A model generated the notes under the pieces. That model made no database searches and had not been told where the DNA came from. It saw nothing but the letters and a program-made list of their open reading frames with translations. From Gammaproteobacteria bacterium (GTDB lineage Bacteria > Gemmatimonadota > Gemmatimonadetes > Longimicrobiales > Gaopeijiaceae), in NCBI GenBank assembly GCA_028821195.1, contig JAPPHB010000118.1, positions 19,765 to 83,764 on the forward strand: DNA of 64,000 bases, read 5' to 3'. This document shows positions 45,647 to 56,271 of the stretch, one piece after another. How positions within the stretch are numbered: the first letter of the stretch is position 1; each line of letters begins with the position of its first letter. The translations under genes and the position numbers were made by a program.

Positions 45647-46420
45647 GTGGAACGACTTGACGCGGTGACGAATCAGCCGGTGGTCGAATCCCGCGACGCT
45701 GCCGATCCCCCGCCGCGGGTGCTCGTGGTCGAGGATGAAGCCGATATCGCGGCGCTGGTCGCGTACCAGCTTACCCGCGACGGGCTGCGGGTGGAAACGG
45801 TGTCGAGGGGGACCTCGGCGCTCTCTTCCATCGACCGCGAGATGCCCGACATCGTCGTCCTCGACCGCCTGCTTCCGGGTGAGTCGGGCGACGAGGTCCT
45901 GCGCACCATTCGCCGCAGGCCCGCGACCCGCCACCTGCCCGTGCTCATGCTCACGGCCAAGCGCGAGCAGGAGGACCGCATCGAGGGGCTGGAGATGGGC
46001 GCGGACGACTACCTCACCAAGCCCTTCAGCCCGCGCGAGCTGATTCTGCGGGTGCGCTCCATCCTGCGGCGCGCCCGGTCCACCCACACCAGCGGCGCGG
46101 GACAGATTCTGCGCGCGGGACCGCTCGCCATCGACCTGACCGGCCACCAGGTGACCCTCAAAGGCCGCGAGCTGAACCTGACGCCCACGGAGTTCCGGCT
46201 GCTTCGTGTGCTGGTCGAGCGCCGCGGGCGAACCCAGAGCCGCCGGCAACTGCTTGAGTCCGCCTGGCAAGTGGGGCCCGGAGTGTCCGGCTATATCCAC
46301 ACGCGCACGGTGGACATGCACATCCGCCGGCTGCGCACCAAGCTCGAGGAGGTGGGCGACTGGGTCGAGACCGTGCGCGGCTTCGGCTATCAGTTCCGGC
46401 TTCCCGACGCGGAGGGATAG
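45647..46420 (+). CDS. OmpR/PhoB-family response regulator
   Basis: Receiver domain (VLVVEDE..DIVVLDRLLPG..LTAK..GADDYLTKPF) plus a winged-helix output (LTPTEFRLL..VDMHIRRLR..GFGY). Confidence 0.9.
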   Translation: MERLDAVTNQPVVESRDAADPPPRVLVVEDEADIAALVAYQLTRDGLRVETVSRGTSALSSIDREMPDIVVLDRLLPGESGDEVLRTIRRRPATRHLPVLMLTAKREQEDRIEGLEMGADDYLTKPFSPRELILRVRSILRRARSTHTSGAGQILRAGPLAIDLTGHQVTLKGRELNLTPTEFRLLRVLVERRGRTQSRRQLLESAWQVGPGVSGYIHTRTVDMHIRRLRTKLEEVGDWVETVRGFGYQFRLPDAEG

Positions 46421-46432
46421 CCCGGGTACGCC

Positions 46433-48265
46433 ATGAGGCTGCGCGCGCACCACGGTCTGTTCCTGGGCTTCGTAGCGGTGGTGGGCATCCTGGTCGCCGC
46501 CATGGTGGTCATCGTCGGGACCGGCCTGCGGCGGCAACTCGTGGAATCCTATCAGAGCGACCTGGCCGGGGATCTGGCGCTGGCGCAACTGCTGCTGGAG
46601 GGAAGCGACGGCGGCTTCTCCAATCTGCAAGAGCTGGCGGAGCGCATGCGGGAGCGGGTCGACTACCGGGTTACGGTGATTGCGCCCGGCGGGACCGTTC
46701 TCGCCGACTCCGATTCGGACTACCGGGCGATGGAGAACCACGGCGACCGCCCGGAGGTGCAGGGGGCCCTCGCGGGTTCGATCACGTTCGCCGAGCGCCG
46801 GAGCGCGACGGTGGGAGTTGCCCTCCTGTACGCAGCGACCGAGCTCACGTTCGAGGGCGAGCCGGTCGTCCTGCGCCTGGCGGCGTCGCTTGAGGCCATC
46901 GACGCCACCGTGATTCAGACGCAGGGGGCCATCGCCGGCGCGGGTGCGGTGGCGATCGTCCTGGCGCTCGGCCTCTCGTACGTGCTGGCGCGCGCCCTGG
47001 TCCATCCCCTCGAACGGGTGGCGGCGCGCGCGCGCCTGATCGCCGCGGGCGCGGACGGCGTGCAGCCGCTGGCTTCGTCGCGCATGACCGAACTCGCCGA
47101 GCTGGTCGGGGCCTTCAACCGCCTCACCTCGGACCTGGACGCGCGCATCCGCGAGCTTGCGCGCGCGCGCGACGAGGTGCGCGACGTGCTCAACGCCATC
47201 AACGAGGGCGTCGTCGCCCTGAACGCCGATGCCCGCCTGGTGCGCATCAACGAGGCCGCGATGCGCATCCTCGACGTGGAGCCGGTTCCCGCGCTGACGC
47301 ATGTGAGCCTGTTCGTGCGCTCCGCGGAGCTCCGGCTGCTCATGGAGGCGGCTCCGTCCCACGCCGTGGGCGCGCGCGAAGTCCACCTGGGCGAGAAGCG
47401 GTACCTGGTGTCGGGCCGGCCGCTGGGGGCGGGCGGGGCCGTCATCACCTTCGTCGACGTGAGCGAGATCCGGCGCCTCGAAGAGGTGCGGAGCGACTTT
47501 GTCGCCAACGCGTCCCACGAACTGAAGACGCCCCTCACCGCGGTGCGCGGGTTTTCGGAGACCCTCCTTGAGGAGGATCCGCCCGAGGACCTCCGTCAGA
47601 GCTTCCTCGATCTCATCTGGCGCAATACCGTGCGCCTGCAGCAGCTCGTCGAGGATCTGCTCGACCTGTCACGCCTGGAGTCCGGGGGATGGGTGCCCCA
47701 GTCCGAACCGGTCCGGGTGGAAGAGGTGGCCGTCAAGGCCTGGGTCCAGGCCGGGCCGCGCGTCGCCGAATCCAGCGTGCGGCTGCACATCGACGGAACG
47801 GGCATCGCGACCGCCGACGCCCGCGGGCTCTCGCAGATCTTCCAGAACCTCTTCGACAACGCGCTCCGGCACACCCCCTCGGGAGGGTCGATCCGGGTGC
47901 AGGTCGAGTCCGAGGAGGACGAGGACCTCCTCCTCGTGTCGGTGAGGGACACGGGCAGCGGCATACTGCCGGCCCACCTGCCGCGCATCTTCGAGCGGTT
48001 CTACCGGGTGGATCCGGCCCGCTCGAGAGCGGAAGGAGGGACGGGCCTGGGACTTGCGATCGTACGCCACCTGGTGATCGCCATGGGAGGCGAGGTTTGG
48101 GCCGAGAGCTTGATCGAGGAGGGAACCACGATTCGCTTCACGCTCCCGCGCGGCTCCGCGACTTCGCTGTCTCTCATGGAGCTGGACGAGGAAGACGACG
48201 ACGATGACGACGACGAACTCGACTACGGAGACTTCGTCGCCGCGTCGTCCATGATTCGGGAGTAG
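46433..48265 (+). CDS. Sensor histidine kinase (PhoR-like: TM-sensor-TM, HAMP, PAS, HisKA, HATPase) with a poly-acidic tail
   Basis: H-box [14 protein letters not shown]-box [11 protein letters not shown]-boxes DTGSGI and GTGLGL. The C-terminus is [20 protein letters not shown]. Confidence 0.9.
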   Translation: MRLRAHHGLFLGFVAVVGILVAAMVVIVGTGLRRQLVESYQSDLAGDLALAQLLLEGSDGGFSNLQELAERMRERVDYRVTVIAPGGTVLADSDSDYRAMENHGDRPEVQGALAGSITFAERRSATVGVALLYAATELTFEGEPVVLRLAASLEAIDATVIQTQGAIAGAGAVAIVLALGLSYVLARALVHPLERVAARARLIAAGADGVQPLASSRMTELAELVGAFNRLTSDLDARIRELARARDEVRDVLNAINEGVVALNADARLVRINEAAMRILDVEPVPALTHVSLFVRSAELRLLMEAAPSHAVGAREVHLGEKRYLVSGRPLGAGGAVITFVDVSEIRRLEEVRSDFVANASHELKTPLTAVRGFSETLLEEDPPEDLRQSFLDLIWRNTVRLQQLVEDLLDLSRLESGGWVPQSEPVRVEEVAVKAWVQAGPRVAESSVRLHIDGTGIATADARGLSQIFQNLFDNALRHTPSGGSIRVQVESEEDEDLLLVSVRDTGSGILPAHLPRIFERFYRVDPARSRAEGGTGLGLAIVRHLVIAMGGEVWAESLIEEGTTIRFTLPRGSATSLSLMELDEEDDDDDDDELDYGDFVAASSMIRE

Positions 48266-48270
48266 AGACC

Positions 48271-48708
48271 ATGGGCAGGGAAGGGAAGGCCGGAGGTCGC
48301 GTGACCGACCGTGAATGGAAGCAGCGCCTGACCCGGGAGCAGTTTCGCGTTACCCGGCGCAAGGGGACGGAGCGGGCGTTTACCGGAGCCTACTGGAACC
48401 TGAAGGACGACGGCCTCTATCGCTGCGTGTGCTGCGGAGCCCCCCTGTTCGACTCGGGGGACAAGTACGATTCGGGGACGGGATGGCCGAGCTTCAGCGA
48501 CACCGCCGAAGGCGCCGACGTCCGTCTGGAGGACGACCGCAGCTTCTTCATGCGCCGCACCGAGGTGCTGTGCGCGGAGTGCGACGCCCACCTCGGCCAT
48601 GTGTTCGGGGACGGTCCCGCCCCCACCGGCCAGCGCTACTGCATCAACTCCGCGGCGCTCACGTTCGACCCGTCCCGCGGCCGGGAAGGTACGCAATCCC
48701 CAGAGTGA
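48271..48708 (+). CDS. msrB: Peptide-methionine (R)-S-oxide reductase
   Basis: CVCCGAPLF...GWPSF...[19 protein letters not shown], the canonical MsrB zinc and catalytic motifs. Confidence 0.92.
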   Translation: MGREGKAGGRVTDREWKQRLTREQFRVTRRKGTERAFTGAYWNLKDDGLYRCVCCGAPLFDSGDKYDSGTGWPSFSDTAEGADVRLEDDRSFFMRRTEVLCAECDAHLGHVFGDGPAPTGQRYCINSAALTFDPSRGREGTQSPE

Positions 48709-49750
48709 GGACGCCTACCTCGCGTCTCCACAGCAGCTCGCCCGTGCCGATGCGCAGGGCGGCCACCCCCCCGGGCTCGCCGACCCCGCCCTCCCAGGTC
48801 ACGTAGGCGACCTCGCCCGCCGGGTCGAGCGCCACCCCGTGCGGGAACGCCGCGCCGGCCAGCTCGATGCGGCGCACCTCCGTGAGGGTGGCCGGGTCGA
48901 CCACCGACACCGAGCCGCCGCGCCGGTTGGCCACCACCAGCACCCGACCGTCCGCCGAGCCCGCGATCTGGGCGGGCATGGGCCCTACCGCGACGGCGCC
49001 CTCGGGTTCGCCCGCGCGGGAGAAGGCCCGCACCTCTCCGCTCCCCGCCATGGTCGCAAAGAAGCGGCCGCCGTCGGGGCTCCAGGCGACGTTCATGGGG
49101 GTGTAGCGCGGCGTTCCGGCGGGGGCGGGATCGGGTCCGGCCGGGACGCGGGCGAGGGTAACCGCCGAGGCCGCGTCCATCAGCACGATCTCGTCCGAGA
49201 GCGAGCAGGTGACGGCGACTCGCGTCCCGGCCGGGTCCACGGCGGCGTGGTGGGGGGCGGGGCACACCATCGGCAGCGCCGCCACGGTCAGGTCGTGGAC
49301 GTCCACCACCGCCACGCGGCTTTCCTCCCCCAGGCCGCCGCGCCAGTAATCGGGGATAAAGGCGCGGCGGCCGTCGGGGGTGAGCTCCACCCGCGCCGCG
49401 CCCGGCATGTCCAGCTGGAGGCGCCCGACCAGCCGGTCGCCGTCGGTCTCGAACTTCCACAGGGTGGGGTGCCCGTGCGCGAGGGTGGCGTACCAGTGGC
49501 GGCCGTCGGCGGAAACGGTCACGCCGTGGGGCTCGTCGGTCTCGGTGCGGCGGCGGTCCAGCGAGACGATGCGCAGGGTGGTCCCGTCGCGCGCGTCCAG
49601 CACATGGATCTCGTCGGTGAACCCGGAGGTGACGTAGAGCCGGGGCGGGTCCGCCGGGCCGTCCGCCGCACCTCCGCAGGCAACCAGGAGCAGCGTCGCG
49701 CCGACCCAGCGGCGCGGCCCGAGGCGGCTCAGCGACGTGCGGGCCTGCAC
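48659..49750 (-). CDS. YVTN-type beta-propeller lipoprotein
   Basis: Lipobox LLLVACGG. Repeated ..YVT....V.V.D.. blades ([39 protein letters not shown]). Confidence 0.7.
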   Translation of the reverse strand: MQARTSLSRLGPRRWVGATLLLVACGGAADGPADPPRLYVTSGFTDEIHVLDARDGTTLRIVSLDRRRTETDEPHGVTVSADGRHWYATLAHGHPTLWKFETDGDRLVGRLQLDMPGAARVELTPDGRRAFIPDYWRGGLGEESRVAVVDVHDLTVAALPMVCPAPHHAAVDPAGTRVAVTCSLSDEIVLMDAASAVTLARVPAGPDPAPAGTPRYTPMNVAWSPDGGRFFATMAGSGEVRAFSRAGEPEGAVAVGPMPAQIAGSADGRVLVVANRRGGSVSVVDPATLTEVRRIELAGAAFPHGVALDPAGEVAYVTWEGGVGEPGGVAALRIGTGELLWRREVGVLTLGIAYLPGRGTGRT

Positions 49751-49756
49751 GACCTG

Positions 49757-51619
49757 CTAGGGGACCGGCTCCAGCACGACGAGCCCGTGGTTCATGTCGG
49801 CGGCGTAGAGCTTGCCGTTGTCGTGCAATTGAGGAGCCCACGTGCATGTGTCCTCGGGGCCCAGGAAGCAGTAGTTGGTCTCGTTGCCGTAGTCGATGAA
49901 GCCGGTCTCGCGGCCCTGGAGCTCCAGTTGGCCCATGAGTTCGCCGCTGACGTCCAGAACGCGCAGGCCGCGCTCGTACCACGCCAGGTACAGGGTCGCG
50001 GCATCCTCGTCCATCCAGTAGTTGTGCGACGTGGCCCCCTGGACCTCATAGCTCGCGACCTCGCGCGGCCGGGTGATGTCACGGAGATCCACCACGCGCA
50101 TGATTCCGGACGGACTCGTGGAATAGCCGAACTGCTCCTCGCCCACGAAGGCGTAGCCGGCCTCGGGCCAGTACCAGACGTTGTGGGTCTGCCCGCCCAG
50201 ATCCCGCAGGCGGCTGACCTCCACCGGGCTGGTGGGCGATCCCCCGGCCATCCCGTTACCCACGTCGAGGATGACGAGCCCCGCGTCCCAGTGCGACAGG
50301 AAGGCCAGCCCGTCCCGGACGTAGACGTCGTGGAGCATGCTTGATCCAGCGTAGAAGCTGGCGGCCAGGCGAGGTGAAGCCGGATCGGAGATGTCGAGGA
50401 TGCGCAGTCCGCTGTTGTAGGGGTCGAGAGCCAGATAGGCGTAATCGCCTTCCAGCCACGCGTTGTGGACGCCGGTGGCCAGACCTTCGGTAAAGCGGCT
50501 GATGATCTGCGGGTGCGCCGGATCGGAGAGGTCGAAGAAGGTGACCCCGTTGAGGCCTTCGGGGTCGCCCTCGTGGGTCAGCACGCCGAGCCGGCCGTCC
50601 GCCCGGATCTTCACATCGTTCACGGTGCGCGCGCTCACGACGATCGAATCGGAAAGGGTGGGCAATCCCCGGGCGTCCAGCGTCCAGGCATACAGCAGAT
50701 TGCCCGGGTGTTCGGCGCGCATTCCCCAGGTGCCGGTGTAAGCGTAGTCGCCGTGCACCCACAGGTCCGAAGTGTAACGGTCGTCCACGGCGCCCCTTCC
50801 CGCCAGGCGGAGCGCCTGCGAGAGCCCGCGCGCCTGGACCGTGACGGGCGTGGTGGCGGAATCCGGCCGAATGGCGCCGTTGACGTTGACCTGTGTATGC
50901 GCGACGACCGTGATGTTCCCGGGGGCGTAGGCCACGAACCGGCCATCAGCGTCGAACAGCCCGGCATCCGGCGGGGTGGTGCGCCAGGTCACCGGCGCCC
51001 CCTGCACCGCGGCGCCGCTGCCGTCCCGGACCTCGGCCGAGAAACGCACCACGTCGCCCTGGCGGATGCGCCGGTTCCCGGCCGCGATGCGGATGTGCGT
51101 GCCGTCCACCGGTCCCACCCGCTGCTCCAACCGAAAGCGCAGTCCGAGCGATGCACGGGCGTCGCTGCCGGCCTGCGCTTCGAGCGTGGCCTCGTAGCTG
51201 CCGGTCTGGGCGGCGTCCGGTACCATCACCACTATGGCAATGGTCTCGCTCGCGCCGGGGTTCAGCGTCGGTATCTCGGAAGGCGTGGTCGTCGGAACCA
51301 TGCCGGGCACGGCGACCCCGCCCGTGCGCGCGGCGTGCGCCGACAGGCTCACCGGCCCGACCGCCACATTGCCGGTGTTGGCCAGATCGACGGCGCCCCG
51401 GTAGGAGAGCGCACTTCCGTCCCGGGAAGCCACCAGTTCCAGGGTGGCGGAGGAGAACTCGATCGCCGCGACGCGCTCGACGGGAGGTTCGACGGGATCG
51501 CGGCAGGTGGTGAGCAGCAGGGTGAGCGACAGGCTGAACAGGAGCCCTCCGGGGTGCCTTGCCCGCGATGCGACTCGCGCGACCGGATTCCCTTGCTCGG
51601 AGGTTTCTACGGGGCGCAT
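49757..51619 (-). CDS. LVIVD-repeat beta-propeller protein with an N-terminal Ig-like region
   Basis: Repeated GLRILDISDP, GLVILDVGN, GLRVLDVSG and GLVVLEP motifs. ATG 51619, with signal/lipobox LLFSLSLTLLLTTC. Confidence 0.75.
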   Translation of the reverse strand: MRPVETSEQGNPVARVASRARHPGGLLFSLSLTLLLTTCRDPVEPPVERVAAIEFSSATLELVASRDGSALSYRGAVDLANTGNVAVGPVSLSAHAARTGGVAVPGMVPTTTPSEIPTLNPGASETIAIVVMVPDAAQTGSYEATLEAQAGSDARASLGLRFRLEQRVGPVDGTHIRIAAGNRRIRQGDVVRFSAEVRDGSGAAVQGAPVTWRTTPPDAGLFDADGRFVAYAPGNITVVAHTQVNVNGAIRPDSATTPVTVQARGLSQALRLAGRGAVDDRYTSDLWVHGDYAYTGTWGMRAEHPGNLLYAWTLDARGLPTLSDSIVVSARTVNDVKIRADGRLGVLTHEGDPEGLNGVTFFDLSDPAHPQIISRFTEGLATGVHNAWLEGDYAYLALDPYNSGLRILDISDPASPRLAASFYAGSSMLHDVYVRDGLAFLSHWDAGLVILDVGNGMAGGSPTSPVEVSRLRDLGGQTHNVWYWPEAGYAFVGEEQFGYSTSPSGIMRVVDLRDITRPREVASYEVQGATSHNYWMDEDAATLYLAWYERGLRVLDVSGELMGQLELQGRETGFIDYGNETNYCFLGPEDTCTWAPQLHDNGKLYAADMNHGLVVLEPVP

Positions 51620-51836
51620 GTGCCTGGCCGTTGGATGCGAAGGCGTGCCGGACGACACTGCCTGAAATGGCAACCATCTCTTAAGATATAACGACCGGGT
51701 CGCCGGAGCGCATTGAGTTGAGCCCGAGCGGACACTAGTATCCATGGTTGTCCCCAAGGAGACGGCGGACGCGGGGGCGGGTAGCGATATCGACGTTTTC
51801 AACACCGCGCGCAACATACGGAAGGGAGTATCCCGC

Positions 51837-53189
51837 ATGACCGGGTGCCGGGTCGGCAAGGGCGAGGGTGCGGTTGGTTCTCGGCTTGTGACACGCCGCT
51901 CTCTCATCCGCTCCGGGCTGGCGGCTCTGGCGGCGGCTCCCTGGGCCCGGCCACTGGCTGCGGCCACAGGTCCGGTTCGTCACCGAGGCCGGAACGTCCG
52001 CCCCGCCCAGGAGGGCGAAATCGTGCTGGGCGTGTCGGCCGCCTTCTCGGGTCCCTCCCGTGGCCTTGGCACTGAGCTCTACCGCGGTTCGATGGCCTGG
52101 TTCAACCACGTCAACGACAACGGTGGGGTCAACGGCCGCAGGATCGTCCTCAAGCTCACCGACGACGGCTATCAGCCCGATCCCTGCGTCGCGAACACGA
52201 TCCAGCTCATGCAGGACGAGAGCGTGTTCCTGCTCTTCGGATACGTGGGCACCCCCACCGTCACTCGCGTGCTGCCCTTGCTGAAGAGGTTCGGGGACGA
52301 GCAGGTCTATCTCTTCTTCCCCTTCACCGGGGCGGAGCCGCAGCGAGAGCCCCCCTACGGCGAATTCGCCTTCAACCTGCGCGCCTCCTATCGCCAGGAG
52401 ACCGCGGGGCTGGTCGACAACTTCGTGCGCATCGGGCGCCGGCGGGTGGCGGTGTTCTACCAGAACGACGCCTACGGCCGGAGCGGGTGGGCCGGCGTGC
52501 GCGAGGCGCTCGCGGCGCACGGAGAGACGATGGCCGGCGAGGCCACCTACATGCGCGGCACCCAGTTCGACGCCAGCATGAGGGCGCAGGTGGAAATCCT
52601 GCAGGGCCAGTCCCCCGACGCCGTGATCTGCATCGGCGCCTACCAGGCGTGCGCCGCCTTCGCCCGGGACGCCGTCGACCTGGGGCTCCACATCCCCGTC
52701 GCCAATGTCTCCTTCGTCGGAAGCGAAAACCTGCTCGCGCTCCTGCGGGAAGGACGCGAGGACCCCGAGTCGCACACCCGCTTCCTGGTGAATTCGCAGG
52801 TCGTTCCGAGCTACGAGGACACCTCGCTGGCCGCCGTGCGCGAGTATCATGAGCTGATGGAGCGCTACAATCCGGAGCCTCCGGAGAATGTCGACAGGAT
52901 CGCCGAAGGCGAGCCCTATGAGCCTTTCCCGCAGAGCTTCGTCAGCCTCGAGGGCTTCCTGAACGCGAAGTTGATCACGGAGATCATCGCGCGCATGGGG
53001 GATGAGCCGGACCGGTCGCGAATCGAACAGGCCGTCTTCGCGGTGCGCAACTACGACATCGGAGTCGGCGAGCGGGTGTCGTTCGGGCCCGAGCGCCGGC
53101 AGGGGCTCGACCGGGTGTATTACACGGTTCCGGAGGGGGACCGTTTCGTGCCGCTCGAGGACTGGGAGTCCAGGTTCGCGATCTCATGA
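51837..53189 (+). CDS. Periplasmic substrate-binding protein, Leu/Ile/Val-binding (Peripla_BP_6) family, Tat-like leader
   Basis: ATG 51837 behind GGAAGGGAG. TRRSLIRSGLAALAAAPWA leader. LivJ-like pattern (IVLGVSAAFSGP..., GYVGTP, VFYQNDAYG). Confidence 0.75.
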   Translation: MTGCRVGKGEGAVGSRLVTRRSLIRSGLAALAAAPWARPLAAATGPVRHRGRNVRPAQEGEIVLGVSAAFSGPSRGLGTELYRGSMAWFNHVNDNGGVNGRRIVLKLTDDGYQPDPCVANTIQLMQDESVFLLFGYVGTPTVTRVLPLLKRFGDEQVYLFFPFTGAEPQREPPYGEFAFNLRASYRQETAGLVDNFVRIGRRRVAVFYQNDAYGRSGWAGVREALAAHGETMAGEATYMRGTQFDASMRAQVEILQGQSPDAVICIGAYQACAAFARDAVDLGLHIPVANVSFVGSENLLALLREGREDPESHTRFLVNSQVVPSYEDTSLAAVREYHELMERYNPEPPENVDRIAEGEPYEPFPQSFVSLEGFLNAKLITEIIARMGDEPDRSRIEQAVFAVRNYDIGVGERVSFGPERRQGLDRVYYTVPEGDRFVPLEDWESRFAIS

Positions 53190-53923
53190 GGGTTCACAAG
53201 CTCTTCCGCAGGCTGCGCTTCGGCGTCTTCGCGCTCTTCGCGCTCGTCGTCCTCTCGATCTTCCTGCTCTCCATCCGCACGGTCTCCAGCGAACTCGAGA
53301 CCGAGTACGTCAGCAACAGCGCGAACATCGCGAGGAACATCGCCGACGCCAGCGTCGACATCCTGCTGAACAGGAATCTGGCCACCCTGCAGTCGCTGAT
53401 CGATCAGTTCGTGGAGATCGAGAGCATTCGCTACATCTACATCGTCAGCGATACCGGCGAGTTCCTGGCGCATACGTTCGTTCCAGGAATACCGGAGGAG
53501 ATCCTGGCAAGCGACCCCTCGCTCACCGATCCCGTCGAGCGCAGCCTTCCCGGGCTGGGCGAGTTCGTCGAAGTGGGAAGCCCGATCCTTTCAGGGGTGG
53601 CGGGCACGGTGCACGTTGGCATGGACACGGAGGCGCTTGCCCTCAAGATCCAGCGTGCGGTCGGGCAGCAGATCTACCTGCTGTGCATCATCCTGGTCGT
53701 GGGCGTGCTGGCGCTGATCTGGATCGTAAAGGCGACCGCCAAGCCGCTGGAAGAGCTGCTCACCTACGTGGTCGAGCTGGCCCGCAACGGCGGCGAGGTG
53801 TCTGACGACGGCGTGCTGGCGCGGAAAGATGAAATCGGGGATATGGCGCGGCTCATGCGTCACGCCGCCGGCCAGGGCTCCCCGCCCGCGCAGTGGCGGG
53901 CCCGGGTCAAGCGCCCGAGGTAG
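53186..53923 (+). CDS. Membrane sensor stub: TM, periplasmic domain, TM and HAMP, with no output domain
   Basis: ATGA overlap with the binding-protein gene. TM1 FGVFALFALVVLSIFLL, TM2 IYLLCIILVVGVLALIWIV, then HAMP-like KPLEELL...DEIGDMARLM, then a stop. Confidence 0.6.
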   Translation: MRVHKLFRRLRFGVFALFALVVLSIFLLSIRTVSSELETEYVSNSANIARNIADASVDILLNRNLATLQSLIDQFVEIESIRYIYIVSDTGEFLAHTFVPGIPEEILASDPSLTDPVERSLPGLGEFVEVGSPILSGVAGTVHVGMDTEALALKIQRAVGQQIYLLCIILVVGVLALIWIVKATAKPLEELLTYVVELARNGGEVSDDGVLARKDEIGDMARLMRHAAGQGSPPAQWRARVKRPR

Positions 53924-53935
53924 GCGGAACACAAC

Positions 53936-55240
53936 GTGCGCGTTCCCAGAAGCGTCGTCGTCCTCTTCTGCACGGTGCTCCAGTTGTGCCTGGGCACCGT
54001 ATATGCGTGGAGCTTCTTCCAGACCATGCTGGTGCGCGACTCCGGCTGGACGTTCAGTGAGACCGCCGCCGCGTTCAGCATTACGATCTTCTGCCTGGGG
54101 GTGTCGGCGGCGATTGCGGGGCAGGCGCTCCCGAAGGTAGGGCCCAGGGCCCTCGCCCTGGCCGGCAGCGTCCTGTTCTCGAGCGGCTATCTGGTCGCCA
54201 GCCTCGCGCTGTCGCTGGATTCCCTGTTGCTCTTCTATCTGGGATACGGGGTGATCGGGGGTGCGGGCATCGGGATGGGTTACGTGACGCCCGTGGCGAC
54301 CGCCGCGAAGTGGTACCCGGATCGCAAGGGACTGGTGACGGGCATCGTGGTGATGGGCTTCGGCGTCGGAGCGCTCCTGCTCAGCAAGGGTCTGGCGCCT
54401 CTTCTCGTGGTCGGAACGGAAGGCGATCTCGCGCAGGTATTCCTGTGGCTGGGGATCGTGTTCGCGTGCATCCTGGTCCCTTCCAGCCTGTTTCTCAGCG
54501 ATCCGCCGGAGGCCACGGCGCCCGCGTCCGGGGACGGCTCGAGGTCGCCGCCGCCCGAGAGGGTGGAGCCGGCCGCGCCCTACCTGCGCACTTCACAGTT
54601 CACGATCATGTGGATCGTGTTCTTCTCCAACATCGCGGCCGGCATCTCCGTGATCAGCTTCCAGTCCGAACTCCTGCAGGAGGTCTGGGGGCTGGCCGAC
54701 CCGTCCCTCGGTCCCGCGATGCTGGCCGAATACGGCGCCACGCTGATCGCGGTGAGTTCCGTCTGCAACGGCCTCGGACGACTCCTGTGGGGCTCACTCT
54801 GCGACCGCCTGGGGCAGGTCACCGTGTTCCGCCTTCTGCTCGCCAGCCAGATGGTGGTGTTCGGCATCCTCATGACCGAGTCCAACCCCTGGATCTTCTC
54901 GGCGCTCGTCTGCTACGTGCTGCTCTGCTTCGGCGGTGGGTTCGCCACCATGCCGTCGTTCGTGGTGGACGTCTTCGGCTCGAAGAACATGTCCAAGATC
55001 TACGGCACGATCCTCACCGCGTGGGCCGCCGCCGGAATCATCGGCCCGATGTACGTGGGCTACCTGAAGGACACCTATCCCGACCGGGCGGTCATGTACT
55101 GCTTCCTGATCGGAATTCTGCTGCTCGGCACGGGATACGTCTTCTCGTACCTGCTGGACGGCGACCGGATCAGCCTGGGCCGCCCGACCGTGAGGGGCAC
55201 GCTGCGCCGGTACGGGGTGCCGGTGACCGAGGAGGCGTAG
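53936..55240 (+). CDS. MFS transporter, oxalate/formate antiporter (OFA)-like
   Basis: GTG start and 12-TM pattern. The N-terminus LQLCLGTVYAWSFF is typical of the OFA family. Confidence 0.8.
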   Translation: MRVPRSVVVLFCTVLQLCLGTVYAWSFFQTMLVRDSGWTFSETAAAFSITIFCLGVSAAIAGQALPKVGPRALALAGSVLFSSGYLVASLALSLDSLLLFYLGYGVIGGAGIGMGYVTPVATAAKWYPDRKGLVTGIVVMGFGVGALLLSKGLAPLLVVGTEGDLAQVFLWLGIVFACILVPSSLFLSDPPEATAPASGDGSRSPPPERVEPAAPYLRTSQFTIMWIVFFSNIAAGISVISFQSELLQEVWGLADPSLGPAMLAEYGATLIAVSSVCNGLGRLLWGSLCDRLGQVTVFRLLLASQMVVFGILMTESNPWIFSALVCYVLLCFGGGFATMPSFVVDVFGSKNMSKIYGTILTAWAAAGIIGPMYVGYLKDTYPDRAVMYCFLIGILLLGTGYVFSYLLDGDRISLGRPTVRGTLRRYGVPVTEEA

Positions 55241-55250
55241 CGCCCATCCC

Positions 55251-56264
55251 ATGAGCCGGACCATCACTGTCGTCCACGGAGACGGCATCGGCCCGGAGGT
55301 CATGTCCGCCACCCTGTCGGTGCTGGACGCGGCCGGCGCGGGACTCGACTACGACCAACAACTGGCGGGGATGGCGGCGCTCGAGCGGCTGAACGATCCG
55401 CTGCCCCCGGCCACGCTCGACTCCATCCGGGCGAACGGGGTGGCGCTCAAGGGGCCGCTCACGACTCCCGTGGGTGGCGGGTTCCGGTCCATCAACGTCG
55501 CGATCCGCAAGGAATTCGACCTCTACGCCAACGTGCGGCCGGTGCGCACCTTCGTTCCGGGCGGGCGCTACGAGGACATCGATCTGGTCCTGATCCGCGA
55601 GAACACGGAGGGGCTGTACGTCGGGGTGGAGCACTACATCGGCATGGAGGGCGATCCCCGGGCCGCGGCCGAGTCGGTCATGATCGTGACCCGCTTCGGC
55701 GCGGAGCGGATCTGCCGCTACGCCTTCGAGTACGCCCGCCGGCATGGCCGCCGCAAGGTGACGCTGGCGCACAAGGCCAACATCCTCAAGTACACTCAGG
55801 GACTTTTCCTGGACGTGGGCAGGGAGCTGGCCGGAGAGTATCCGGACATCGAGTTCGAGGACCGCATCATCGACGCCACCGCGATGCAATTGGTGCTGAA
55901 CCCGCACGCCTTCGATGTCCTCGTGATGGAGAACATGTTCGGCGACATCGTGAGCGATCTGATGGCCGGGCTGGTGGGCGGGCTGGGCATGGCCTCCGCG
56001 GGCAACATCGGCCGGGGCGTTGCGATGTTCGAGGCGGTGCACGGGTCGGCGCCGGACATCGCGGGCCAGGGCATCGCCAACCCGACTGCGCTCATGCTGG
56101 CCGCGTGCGCCATGCTCGACCACATCGGGCAGCCGGAGACGGCCGCCCGCATCCGCGGGGCGATGCAGAAGGTGTTGCGCCGGCGCGAGACGGTGACCGG
56201 CGACCTCGGCGGCAGCGCATCGACACAGGAATACGCGCAGGCGGTGATCCGGGCGCTGGAGTAG
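55251..56264 (+). CDS. Isocitrate/isopropylmalate dehydrogenase family, NAD-IDH-like
   Basis: GDGIGPEV, LKGPLTTP, RSINVAIRKEFDLYANVRP, IRENTEGLY, GDI.SDL, GSAPDIAG. Confidence 0.85.
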   Translation: MSRTITVVHGDGIGPEVMSATLSVLDAAGAGLDYDQQLAGMAALERLNDPLPPATLDSIRANGVALKGPLTTPVGGGFRSINVAIRKEFDLYANVRPVRTFVPGGRYEDIDLVLIRENTEGLYVGVEHYIGMEGDPRAAAESVMIVTRFGAERICRYAFEYARRHGRRKVTLAHKANILKYTQGLFLDVGRELAGEYPDIEFEDRIIDATAMQLVLNPHAFDVLVMENMFGDIVSDLMAGLVGGLGMASAGNIGRGVAMFEAVHGSAPDIAGQGIANPTALMLAACAMLDHIGQPETAARIRGAMQKVLRRRETVTGDLGGSASTQEYAQAVIRALE

Positions 56265-56271
56265 GGTCGGC

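Noticed and set aside
48659-48708. The 50-nt convergent overlap of the msrB and YVTN propeller gene 3' ends, as a possible antisense regulatory feature.
   Set aside because: Both C-termini look intact, and such overlaps are common in compact GC-rich genomes. Nothing else supports a special function.
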